This document shows positions 34,689 through 44,400 of a DNA stretch of 64,000 nucleotides, piece by piece. Each line of letters starts with the position of its first letter. Positions within the stretch are counted from its first letter, which is position 1. This stretch comes from a virus: IMG/VR virus record IMGVR_UViG_3300049846_000848, positions 17,384-81,383 of that record; one strand, 5' to 3'. Position numbers and translations under genes: made by a program. The notes below the pieces were generated by a model that saw only the letters and a list, made by a program, of their open reading frames with translations, did not search any database and was not told the DNA's origin.

Positions 34689-35420
34689 GTGAGATTAAAA
34701 CCATTTTTTACTTATTATGGAGGAAAATATAGGATTGCTCCTAAATATCCCTCCCCTAAATACGATAAGATAATAGAACCGTTCTGCGGTAGTGCTGGAT
34801 ATTCTCTAACTTATTCTCAAAAAAGAATTCATTTATATGATGTTAATGAGCGAATAGTAGGGTTATGGAATTATCTAATAAAAGTAGACGAGAAGGAGAT
34901 CTTAAATTTACCAGAGATATTTAATCATATTAGTGAATTAACCAATATTCCCCAGGAAGCTAAATGGTTGATAGGCTTCTGGTGTAATAAGGGATCGTGT
35001 GAGCCTAGGAATATGCCTTCTAGTTGGATGAGATCAGGAGTTAGACCCAATTCTTATTGGGGAGAGGCTATAAAGAATAGAATAGCATCTCAACTTAAAC
35101 ACATAAGGCACTGGAGTTGTGAGCTTAAAAGTTATAACCAATTAGTAGATAATTCACCCGCTACTTGGTTTATTGACCCTCCTTATTCATCTACTGCGGG
35201 AAGGCTATACACTTACGATAGTATAGATTACACGCAACTCTCTGAGTTTTGTATGAATAGAAACGGACAGACTATAGTATGTGAATCAGAGGGAGCCTCA
35301 TGGCTACCGTTCACCCCCTTATGTGTAGCTAAGGGGTCAGAAAGTCCTAGGGGCGGGAAGAAAATAATAGAATCGATATGGTATAATGACATTAAGATCA
35401 TCATAGAGGAGGACAAATGA
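34689..35420 (+). CDS. Dam-like adenine DNA methyltransferase
   Basis: YYGGK, EPFCGS, FIDPPY. Confidence 0.85.
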   Translation: MRLKPFFTYYGGKYRIAPKYPSPKYDKIIEPFCGSAGYSLTYSQKRIHLYDVNERIVGLWNYLIKVDEKEILNLPEIFNHISELTNIPQEAKWLIGFWCNKGSCEPRNMPSSWMRSGVRPNSYWGEAIKNRIASQLKHIRHWSCELKSYNQLVDNSPATWFIDPPYSSTAGRLYTYDSIDYTQLSEFCMNRNGQTIVCESEGASWLPFTPLCVAKGSESPRGGKKIIESIWYNDIKIIIEEDK

Positions 35421-36196
35421 ATAAGTTATTGATTTTACTATTAGTATTCACAGTATCATGCGGTAAAAAGCGCCATGGCGTATCAGATGGAGGCGGTGGT
35501 AGCTCTAACCCAGCTCAACCAGCCCCAGTAGGCACCGTATCGGATCAATATGTCTCAGTACAGCAGGCAGTTATATGCCTATCCACTGACACCAGCTGTA
35601 CCGCCGAGGAGGATGAGGTAGTCGAACATGGTCATTCATATTCTAAAGGGCATAGACGCTATAAAAGACTCTTATTGGAGTTCATGAATCCAATGAAGCT
35701 AGCCTTAGCTGCCAGCACTAGTCTATCTACCGTGATATATACGGCTACCAATAGCGGTAGTATCGTGCTGGGACCATTAACTACGTCTACCTCGACTGGC
35801 TTTGAGATAGCACCTAGCTTCGGTACCGTCAGTGTAGCCTCATTCGACAGTAACGACCTAAAGAAATGTGGCATTAGTGGCACCGATCGCTGTACTACTA
35901 CCATAGTTAGGGCCTATATTTCTAGTCGCTCACCTAACTTTGTTGAGGATGGTGCTAAAGTGATGATCGGTGGCGTAGTCTTGAGCGATATAGACGGCGT
36001 AGGTGAGGCTGTGACGCTCATATCTGGGCCTATTGGGTCGAATCAGAACCGTATCCGTAACTCTCCGATAGGACAGAATCCATTTGGAGGAGCTGAGACA
36101 GATCTAGGCGAGTTAGTATTAGATCTAAGCAACGCTAATCTAGGTAGTTACAGCGTGACGGTGGTTATAGAGTTAGCAATTGGGCCGCTACCATAG
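35417..36196 (+). CDS. Lipoprotein, beta-rich
   Basis: MNKLLILLLVFTVSCGKK lipobox; Gly/Pro linker; paired Cys. Confidence 0.7.
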   Translation: MNKLLILLLVFTVSCGKKRHGVSDGGGGSSNPAQPAPVGTVSDQYVSVQQAVICLSTDTSCTAEEDEVVEHGHSYSKGHRRYKRLLLEFMNPMKLALAASTSLSTVIYTATNSGSIVLGPLTTSTSTGFEIAPSFGTVSVASFDSNDLKKCGISGTDRCTTTIVRAYISSRSPNFVEDGAKVMIGGVVLSDIDGVGEAVTLISGPIGSNQNRIRNSPIGQNPFGGAETDLGELVLDLSNANLGSYSVTVVIELAIGPLP

Positions 36197-36206
36197 GAGG
36201 TATAAC

Positions 36207-36557
36207 ATGTTGATATTAGGTGTAATGTTAGCCGGAGCTTTAAGTGGATGTATTATTGGTTATTTCATTGGCCAATCTATTGGATTCGATAGAGGCGTAG
36301 CGTTAGCTGAAGTAGCAGAGAACAATATGGATTACTATAGGGAGTATCTTTTAGAGGAGGTATGGGAGATTAGAAAGACCTTATTATTCAAGACCTCCTA
36401 TTACGAAGGGATAGTAGCGGCTCATCTGTTAGCCTTATTACACTGCCTCATAGATGAGAATGATGATACTATTAAGAACTCAGATGAGGTGGTGACTGCC
36501 TTCTTAAAGGCATTCCCTATATTAGGTCAAGGAGAATCTAATGATACTATCAAATAG
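36207..36557 (+). CDS. Membrane-anchored hypothetical protein
   Basis: AGGAGGT SD; N-terminal TM. Confidence 0.6.
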   Translation: MLILGVMLAGALSGCIIGYFIGQSIGFDRGVALAEVAENNMDYYREYLLEEVWEIRKTLLFKTSYYEGIVAAHLLALLHCLIDENDDTIKNSDEVVTAFLKAFPILGQGESNDTIK

Positions 36558-36813
36558 GACTGGTCGATACCGTAGCGCTAATGAACCTACTAACTACAAC
36601 TGCGACGACTGTAATAAGCCTATATGGACTAGGATTGGAGTGTTTACTCAGTATCATGGCCAATGCTATTACAATAACGATTGTAGTAAGACTGAGCCTG
36701 AATCAGTGCTTGTATGGGATGATAAACTATGGCAAGATACACCTAGACAAAAGATTGTATGCTACGAGTGTAGCAATAAGTATCTAGAATCACGTAAGGG
36801 TACAGAACTATAA
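36541..36813 (+). CDS. Zn-binding hypothetical protein
   Basis: CDDC...CYEC. Confidence 0.6.
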   Translation: MILSNRTGRYRSANEPTNYNCDDCNKPIWTRIGVFTQYHGQCYYNNDCSKTEPESVLVWDDKLWQDTPRQKIVCYECSNKYLESRKGTEL

Positions 36814-36823
36814 GGAGGACCAA

Positions 36824-37081
36824 ATGAATCGAGCACAACAATTGAAAGCATTAGTAGCCAAGGCCCACACGTTCGCTAAGGACGCTAACCTAACTTATAA
36901 CGATAAGAACCTATCGCTATTCGTTAATGATGGGGGAAGTATTACCATTCAACGTCACTACAACCAGGATACCTCAGTGATAACATTGAGCGAGGAAGAG
37001 GCTAAGATTCTAGCTGGTTTTATTAACAACGCTTATAAACCAATTGATTCTAATGAGTCAGATATGACTATTAATAACTAG
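36824..37081 (+). CDS. Hypothetical protein
   Basis: AAGGAGG SD. Confidence 0.65.
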   Translation: MNRAQQLKALVAKAHTFAKDANLTYNDKNLSLFVNDGGSITIQRHYNQDTSVITLSEEEAKILAGFINNAYKPIDSNESDMTINN

Positions 37082-37092
37082 AGGAGCATACC

Positions 37093-37398
37093 ATGTCAAT
37101 CCATGACCAAGCACCGATCGTTAAACTAGAGAAGAAAGTAGCTAAGAAGTTCTCAGAAGCCTTAGTATCTGAGATGCGAGGCTTGACTCAGTCCCAACTA
37201 GAGGACGAAGTCTTCCGCTTATCTAAGAACGTAGAAGAAGTAGTTAAAGCCAAGGAAGACGACGAGAAGCTAAAGCAGCTACAGTCCGAGATTAATGAAG
37301 CTAGAGGCGTTTATGATGACGCTAAGCGCGGGTTGAATCTTAAGATTAAGTTCCTTCTGGCGTTGTATCTAGACAAGTACGGTACTGACTTAAAATAA
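37093..37398 (+). CDS. Hypothetical coiled-coil protein
   Basis: GAGGAG SD. Confidence 0.65.
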   Translation: MSIHDQAPIVKLEKKVAKKFSEALVSEMRGLTQSQLEDEVFRLSKNVEEVVKAKEDDEKLKQLQSEINEARGVYDDAKRGLNLKIKFLLALYLDKYGTDLK

Positions 37399-37408
37399 GG
37401 AATTAGCT

Positions 37409-38167
37409 ATGAGTGAATTAGAGTGGTTCGATTCATACAATCTCATACATGATAAGCCGCAGCCTAGGGCGTCAGAAAATGCTGCAGTTTATACGGTTCT
37501 ATATCATACGTTATGGGAGTTATGCATGTTTAATCATGTCATGGCTAACGTATCGACAGCCCTATTTTCAGACCATGCCTTAATCAACCCCTCTAACTCT
37601 CTGAGCTATCGTCAAGCCCCGTGGCTTAATATTCGTGCTAGTCACGATAATGCTACGGGGCTTATTTCTATAGCCAGCGCATACCATGACCTAGTTGATA
37701 AAGGTAGCCAATGGCATAAGATCCGTATCTTACCAGACTACTTACACCCCCGCGATATCATCTATTACGGCTACGTCCAGCGTAAATGGTGGTCATACCC
37801 ACTACTACCTGTATTGTTTTGTATTCTTTTGATTACAGTTATGACTAGATATAAGACTAGGCCCGGTCTAATTGACTGGATTAAGTCTGGATTTAAGGCT
37901 GAGCGACGTAAGATGTTGAAATCAGATACAGAGATACTAATGTGGATGAGATTCCGGCTACTTAGCCATCGTAAATGCATCTCTCTAATGGCTAAGGTGC
38001 TAGAACCTATGATGAATAGACGCTTTCACCTACAGTCCAAGCATCCGGTCTATATCATGGACTTAGTCGATATATATTTTAAGCAGGATGATCCTTCTAC
38101 CCTACACCCGCTGCAAGAACTAGCCCGTGAGTATGCCTTCCGATGTAACTATAGGAGAGTATTCTAA
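37409..38167 (+). CDS. Hypothetical protein with internal TM helix
   Basis: SHDN and HPRD motifs; hydrophobic segment. Confidence 0.65.
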   Translation: MSELEWFDSYNLIHDKPQPRASENAAVYTVLYHTLWELCMFNHVMANVSTALFSDHALINPSNSLSYRQAPWLNIRASHDNATGLISIASAYHDLVDKGSQWHKIRILPDYLHPRDIIYYGYVQRKWWSYPLLPVLFCILLITVMTRYKTRPGLIDWIKSGFKAERRKMLKSDTEILMWMRFRLLSHRKCISLMAKVLEPMMNRRFHLQSKHPVYIMDLVDIYFKQDDPSTLHPLQELAREYAFRCNYRRVF

Positions 38168-38397
38168 TGCCATATACCACTACCCCAGTTCTACTATATC
38201 TAGTAAAGCTAACCAAGGCTCAATGGGTTATAACTGCTGGGGTGGATAAGCCTCTATCCGGCGAGATGATATTTACCAGTGATTTTGAGGCATTGGAATG
38301 GGCTACAGCTTATGTATCCACTTGGACCGACCGAATCAATCTAATCCCGGTAGATTCTACCTATAAATCCATAAGATTAGAGATAGACCAGCGTTAA
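38167..38397 (+). CDS. Hypothetical protein
   Basis: TAATG coupling. Confidence 0.6.
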   Translation: MPYTTTPVLLYLVKLTKAQWVITAGVDKPLSGEMIFTSDFEALEWATAYVSTWTDRINLIPVDSTYKSIRLEIDQR

Positions 38398-38416
38398 GCG
38401 TAACTCCTTATTTATT

Positions 38417-38426
38417 CGTATAATTA
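38417..38426 (+). promoter_or_regulatory. Putative late promoter CGTATAATTA (tail tube)
   Basis: Exact motif marks the restart of the structural module. Confidence 0.75.
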
Positions 38427-38481
38427 CTAAGATAGGTGGGACGCCACTTAAGTTACAATACCTTACGTAAGGAGTATTATT

Positions 38482-39729
38482 ATGGCAACTAGAAACTGGC
38501 TTGAAAATTGCGGATCAGGGCGAGAAATCGGCCTAACGCAAGATTTATGGATTTCTACAGAGGTAGGCGGATTCGGAGACGCAGCTACCGGAGGATTATT
38601 CCCCGTAGCAGCTGACGCATTAGAACATTTAGGCTTTACTCTTACTTTTAACCAAGCAAGAGAAGACTCTGAGGCTAGATCTGGACGTTCTGTAGCTACT
38701 CGTTTGAGCGGCAAGAAAGAAGTAACCTGGGAAGGAAACTTCTATATCGTTCCAGCTGACCCTACTGGATCTAACCCTAACCTACCTAATATTCATAAAC
38801 TATTGAATGGATTGTTTGGATCATTCGATAACACTAACCCACTAGAAATAGTCTACAGCTTCACCGCATGTACTGACGTATCTCTAAGAGCTTATATCTT
38901 AGGCATGCAATACGGTCAATTAGGTATCGGCTTATATGTCGATACAGCTACTTTCAGCTTACCTGGAGATGGTACAGCTCAAGCTACTTTCGGTGGTGGA
39001 GCTCAAGACGTAATCGACTCTTATAAAGCTTCTCTATCAGCAGCTACGGTAGCTGCTAACGACGTTGTGTTACAGACAGGTGAAGGCAAGCTATACGACG
39101 TAGGCGCAGTAGTAGACGTAGTAAATGGTATTACTGGTGCTACAATCGCTACTGGACGTACTATCACCGCTATCGTAGGTGATACTGCTACTCTAAGTGG
39201 CGCTCCTTTTAGTGCTATCATCGGCGACTTAGTTACCCCAGCTGTACTAGCTTCTACTGGAATGCTTACTAGCGATAACGCTATGGTCGGTATCTCAGGT
39301 GAAGTATTGATCGATGGGTCAGCTTTAGATTGTTCTGTATTGTCAGCTGAGATATCTGTTAGCAATAACTTCACACCTAAGAATAACATCTTTGGAACAG
39401 ATAAGATCTGTGGATTCAATAGCGACCAACGCCGTGAGGTTATGGTAACTATGGAGATCGAGATGGATTCTAATACTTACGAGTTATACCGTAAGTCTAA
39501 GAGATTTGAATCAGCCGACGTTAAACTACGCCTATTCCCTAACAACGGAGATAGCGCTGTAGGTCGTACCTTTACATTTCACATGCCTAAAGTAGAGTTT
39601 AATATACCTGCAGTAGAGTTTCCTGCTGACGGTGTAGTAGCTCTTAGCTTTGAAGGTAAGGCATTATCTAGCGGTGTTCAATCACCTAACGACGAGATGA
39701 CTCTTAAAGTTGGCCCAGTAGCTGGATAA
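38482..39729 (+). CDS. Major tail tube protein
   Basis: Tail-tube-like pattern (REVMVTMEIE, FTFHMPKVEF, VALSFEGKA); upstream of chaperone and tape measure; own terminator. Confidence 0.8.
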   Translation: MATRNWLENCGSGREIGLTQDLWISTEVGGFGDAATGGLFPVAADALEHLGFTLTFNQAREDSEARSGRSVATRLSGKKEVTWEGNFYIVPADPTGSNPNLPNIHKLLNGLFGSFDNTNPLEIVYSFTACTDVSLRAYILGMQYGQLGIGLYVDTATFSLPGDGTAQATFGGGAQDVIDSYKASLSAATVAANDVVLQTGEGKLYDVGAVVDVVNGITGATIATGRTITAIVGDTATLSGAPFSAIIGDLVTPAVLASTGMLTSDNAMVGISGEVLIDGSALDCSVLSAEISVSNNFTPKNNIFGTDKICGFNSDQRREVMVTMEIEMDSNTYELYRKSKRFESADVKLRLFPNNGDSAVGRTFTFHMPKVEFNIPAVEFPADGVVALSFEGKALSSGVQSPNDEMTLKVGPVAG

Positions 39730-39764
39730 TCTCAACTAGGACTAGATCCTATAGTAGGATTCAT

Positions 39765-39791
39765 AGGGGCTGGGTAACTGGCCCCTTTTTT
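39765..39791 (+). terminator. Rho-independent terminator
   Basis: AGGGGCTGG-GTAA-CTGGCCCCT followed by T run. Confidence 0.85.
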
Positions 39792-39916
39792 ATGTTGCAT
39801 CCTAGCACTTCTGATGAAGGCTAGTTTACCGGGGAGTGAACGGGCTCGCTGGTTGATACCTCGACTGACTACGGTTAGCGGGAATTAGGGGCGGGTAATC
39901 CTGCCCCTTTACTTTT
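39792..39916 (+). ncRNA. Candidate structured small RNA (three hairpins plus terminator)
   Basis: Hairpins 39802-39824, 39828-39853 and 39860-39882 (cUACGg loop), with G-U pairs; no credible ORF. Confidence 0.4.
39887..39916 (+). terminator. Second terminator, near-copy of 39765
   Basis: AGGGGCGGG-TAAT-CCTGCCCCT followed by TTACTTTT. Confidence 0.75.
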
Positions 39917-39934
39917 AAGCTATTACCTCATCCT

Positions 39935-39944
39935 CGTATAATTA
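39935..39944 (+). promoter_or_regulatory. Putative late promoter CGTATAATTA(CTAGAG)
   Basis: Exact motif, intergenic. Confidence 0.75.
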
Positions 39945-39977
39945 CTAGAGATACCTCAATCCCCTTTCGGAGACATT

Positions 39978-40358
39978 ATGGCTCTACAACTAAAGCAATC
40001 CCTACAGCTTATCCTAAGCCAAGATAGCGGCACTGTGCCTAGGCTTAAGATAGCTGATTTTGATGAGGCTTTTACTGACGCTACTTCAGTCAACGAAGGT
40101 GGAGCATTAGTCCATCGTATCAATACCGGGGTAACTGACGCAGTTGTCTCTCTAGGTTCTGTAGCTGCCGCTAAAGGGCTAGCTATTATAGCTGATAAAG
40201 CTGTATCAATTAAGTTTAATGATATAGATGGTACTAATAGAAGTCTAACTCTAGTCCCAAATAAGACTAGTGTTATTCATGCTAACTTCACTGCTCTATA
40301 TCTATCTAATGCTACCGGCGACACTTCTTACGTGAGATACGTAGTATGGGGCGACTAA
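39978..40358 (+). CDS. Putative virion structural protein
   Basis: Beta-rich; follows late motif. Confidence 0.6.
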   Translation: MALQLKQSLQLILSQDSGTVPRLKIADFDEAFTDATSVNEGGALVHRINTGVTDAVVSLGSVAAAKGLAIIADKAVSIKFNDIDGTNRSLTLVPNKTSVIHANFTALYLSNATGDTSYVRYVVWGD

Positions 40359-40615
40359 TTAAGCTATTCTACGACTGGATGGCCGCTAGGATATCTAACC
40401 TAGAAGGCTATCGCAAGTGGTCTGTAATGGCCTCTATTGTCGTATTAGCTGCAGTATTTCGCCACCTAAGTTATATCAGTGGTGCTGAGTGGGTGCATGT
40501 TATGGAAGTAACAGTCGTAGCATTCTTCGGTACCAACTTAAGTGAACACGCTATTAAAGCCTACAAAGACATAAAGTCGACCGTAGGATCTATATCTAAA
40601 GGATTAGGAGATTAA
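40346..40615 (+). CDS. Putative two-TM holin
   Basis: RKWSV...two hydrophobic helices, GTN, charged C-terminus. Confidence 0.55.
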   Translation: MGRLIKLFYDWMAARISNLEGYRKWSVMASIVVLAAVFRHLSYISGAEWVHVMEVTVVAFFGTNLSEHAIKAYKDIKSTVGSISKGLGD

Positions 40616-40616
40616 C

Positions 40617-41039
40617 ATGGCTATCAAGAAGATTGACATCAATGCAGAGCATAAGTACGTATCATTGGCTGACGATGCCATAGATAGAGAGAAGTCTAAC
40701 TTAGAAGAATACGCTAAAGACTTTAATATCAAGCACTTAGTATTCGATCCTACTAAGCAGCCTACATTCTTCATCTTAAAGAATCTATCAGCCGATCAAT
40801 ACTCTAAGTTGATCTCTACTTTTATGCGCTTTGACTTTAAGACTGGTGGATTAGTAGGTAAAGAAGACGGTGACATCATGGCTATGTCATTCAGTGCCTT
40901 TGAGATGGGATGTAAAGAGCTAGAGGATGGAGGTAAACGATCTCCAGCTAACTTTAAAGAGCTCCCTATGAGCGTAGTACAGGAAGTGTCTAACGCGGTG
41001 ATGGGGTTAGCTCAGTTAAATGAGTCTGAAAAAAAGTAA
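40617..41039 (+). CDS. Tail assembly chaperone (gpG-like)
   Basis: Between tube and tape measure; ends at slippery A-AAA-AAG. Confidence 0.75.
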   Translation: MAIKKIDINAEHKYVSLADDAIDREKSNLEEYAKDFNIKHLVFDPTKQPTFFILKNLSADQYSKLISTFMRFDFKTGGLVGKEDGDIMAMSFSAFEMGCKELEDGGKRSPANFKELPMSVVQEVSNAVMGLAQLNESEKK

Positions 41040-41461
41040 TAGGGGCGCTGCTAGACGTATCGCTAGACGAGAAGGCATCCCAAACATATAGCTGCAGTGA
41101 ATGTCCAGCGTCCCTAAGGAAGATACGTAATTGTAATGGAGAGTATAAGGACGTATCGCTATACATTAACGGCAATAGATACACCCAATGCCCTGTATCT
41201 ATCTATATGGCTAATCTGGACTTAAAGTTATTAGTCTCAATGTACCTACAAGGTAAATCAACTAAGACTAAGTTCACGGATGCCCCCATCATGTACCAGA
41301 CTAATTGGTATTATGAGTTTAGCGGCTATATCGAGGGCAAGATAAGAGACTCGGAGCATAAAGCATTAGATAAGATGCAGTCTAAACAAGAACCTAATAA
41401 GGCTGAATCTAAGTTAAAGTCCACCCCTAAGCCTAAAACGGCACCAAAGAAGCGTAAATAA
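41030..41461 (+). CDS. -1 frameshift extension (gpGT-like)
   Basis: -1 frame is open from 41036 (VIGALLDV...CSEC...C...C) straight into the 41207..41461 ORF. Confidence 0.75.
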   Translation, partial: KKVIGALLDVSLDEKASQTYSCSECPASLRKIRNCNGEYKDVSLYINGNRYTQCPVSIYMANLDLKLLVSMYLQGKSTKTKFTDAPIMYQTNWYYEFSGYIEGKIRDSEHKALDKMQSKQEPNKAESKLKSTPKPKTAPKKRK

Positions 41462-41463
41462 CT

Positions 41464-44400
41464 ATGGCTATTAATCGTGATGTCAATGTAAGCGTAAATG
41501 TAATAGTTAACTCTAAGACAGTTAGCGCCGGCATTAAAGCTACTGAGTCTCAATTCAAATCATTCTTTAATAATGTAAGTAAACTAGCTTTAGGCTTCTC
41601 GATAGGTAATATAGTATCTGATAGCTTAATGAAAGTACGACAGTCTATAGCAGCTACTATAGCTGAAGTAGTTAAGTACGATCAGACCCTTAAGTCAGTG
41701 CAGAAAACTACTGACATGAGTGATGCTGAGATTCAGAAGTTATCTGATACCTTCCTAGAACTATCTACTAGACTACCTATATCAGCACAGCAGTTAGCCG
41801 AAGTAGCTACCCAAGCTGGTCGATTAGGTATTAAGGGTACCAAGGCTTTAGAGGGATTCGCTGAGAACGTCTCTAAAACTGCAGTAGCCTTAGAGATATC
41901 CGCCGGAGAAGCCGCTGAATCACTAGCCCAAGTCGCCAACTCCGTAGGGATAAACTTAAGTAAGACTCCGGGAGTACTACTCAATATAGCGTCAGCAGTT
42001 AACTCATTGGACGATAGTTCTGCTACTAGCTCACCTAGAATTATTGATGCGCTGGTTCGTATCGGAGGAGCTGCTAAAGGATTCGGAAAAACCTCCGTAG
42101 ATAACTTAGCTGCCTTATCTACCGCGATGTTGGAACAAGGGGTATCGGCGGAGGAGACTGGTACCGCTATAAAGAACGCCTTTATATTCGCATCAACCCA
42201 TATAGAAGATTTTGCTAAGGTAATGGGAGTAAGCGTATCTGAAGCCTCACAGATGCTGCAGCAGGACGGTGTAGGGGCGTTACAGCGATTCGCCCAGGCC
42301 GCTCAAAAAGCCGGTGACTCAGCTGGTTCATTGAATGCTATAGCTGAGGTATTCGGATCTAGATCATCTAAAGCCTTATTTATTATGGCTGGTAGTTCTG
42401 AGCGAGTAGCTCAGTTACAGAAGTTAGCTAACGACGAGTTCATTAAAGGCACCTCTGTACTTACCGAGTATGAGCGTCAATCTAAGGGTGCAGAACAGAT
42501 ATTAAATCTACTTAAGAATCAATTCACTACTGCTGCTATTGAGATAGGTCTTAAGTTTATACCTGCTCTTAAAACTGGGGCTACGGCTCTTATAGAGTTA
42601 TTCGGAGCTGCTAGACAAGGGCATTTATTGGATGCCTTAGCTGCTTCTATAAGTAGCATAAATCCAGCAGTAAAGACTCTAGCATCTACTATAACCAGCT
42701 TAGGTACTAGTTTCTTAATAGTAAAGAATTTCGATGCTATTAAGGCGACAATATCCAATTTTGTAACATCTACATCTACCTCTATATTAAGCTTACAGTC
42801 ATCTGTCTTGAAAGCTCGCACATCTCTATCTGATTTATTCAAGCCGATTACAGTAAAGGGGGTAGTAGACTCCTTAAAAGCATTTAAAACTAATCTAACC
42901 TGGGCTTTCGCGGCTAATCCAGGAAGATCTTTCTCTACGTCCATGAAGACGGCGATGCTACAATTTAAGTTATTATTACGCCAAGGTATAATTGGCTTTG
43001 ATATGTTCAAGATAAATCTAATAGCTGGATTCAAGTCGTTGCAGATAGGTGCTAAGTTATGGGCTTTCTCTATGAAAGCTGCCATGGCAGGAGCTACCTT
43101 AGGCTTAAGTATCATAATAGACGTACTAATAAACTATGCCCTAGAATTCGTAGAGACTGTCGGAGGATGGAGTAAAGCCTTCGATATAGTCATGGGCAAG
43201 ATGAAGGAATTCGGTAAGGTCATAGCTACTTATGTAATAGACCATTTAACTATGGTGTTAGGATTATTAGCTAAATTACCATTTATAGGCTCTAAGATCC
43301 AATCTATGATAGATGGATTAAATGGAATTAAAGGGGCTATGAACGATACAGCGGAGGAGGACTTTACTGATAGTCTAAGCCGCAGAGCTGCAGCTCACGC
43401 ATCTTCCGTAAAAACTATGACGGCGGAGGAGAAGGCTGCGTACGATGAACGTACGGCGCAGACTAAAGATTATTTAAAGGGTACTGAAAACTTAACTAAC
43501 GAGAATAATAAGAAGGTAACTGCACTTACCGCCGAGGAACAAGATAAGCGAGATAAAGAGGCTTTAGCTGCATTCGAGAAGCAGCAGCGTAAGATACTGG
43601 GCCTCACCATGTCTCTAGAGGAACAGAAGAATAAGATGCAAGAAGATTTAGGCGTAGAGTCATTGACTAAACGCTTAGAAACTGAGATGGGATTGCGTCA
43701 GACTTACGGTGAAAGACTAGCCGAAGTAGTGATGCAGAAGTCTGAGGAGCAATTAACTAAGCAGTTAGATACTGAATACGGGTTAAAGCTTACTTTAGAA
43801 GAAAGATTACAAGATATACGCCTCAAGAAGATGGAAGAAGCTCGTACCAGAGCCCTAAAAGACGCCAAAGAAGTAGCCGACGTAGTTAGCTCTAACTTCG
43901 TATCTATCTTCGAGGGCGGTCAATTTTCTAAGTTTAATCAACTTAAAGCTAGCCAAGGTACTGGAGCAGCAGTAGCTGGAGCAGTAGGGTCAGGCTTAAC
44001 TGCTATGGGTAAAGGAGCCCAAGGCGGAGCTGACCTAGCTAAAGATGTGCTTAAGACTGCGGCTAGTGCCATTCCAGTAATAGGCCCTATAATGGCTCCA
44101 TTAATAGACATGATGTCTATGTCAGGTGAGCAGCTAAGGGAGACTATCCGCGGCTTTATTGATGCCAGCGTACAGATACCTTTACAGATAATCGAGAATA
44201 TCCCGGTTATTATAGAGGAATTATTGAATGGGGTACCACGTGTTATCGAGGGGTTACTAGAAGGTTTACCCCGTGTAATAGATGGGCTAGTAGAAGGCTT
44301 ACCTAGAGTTATAGAAGGATTCGTAAATAACCTACCTACTTTAATAGATCGTCTAGTAGGGATGCTACCTCGATTCATTGAATCGATGATAACTAATTTT

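Noticed and set aside
14574-38416. Central block as an integrated mobile element or second prophage
   Set aside because: No integrase, transposase or att repeats seen; composition matches the structural genes
39811-39841. CTGATGA suggests a hammerhead ribozyme core
   Set aside because: No downstream GAAA with matching stems II/III (only GAAC); the heptamer fits better as part of a simple hairpin
39792-39886. Possible tRNA gene
   Set aside because: No acceptor stem, T-loop GTTC motif or 7-nt anticodon loop; no tRNA recognised anywhere in the window
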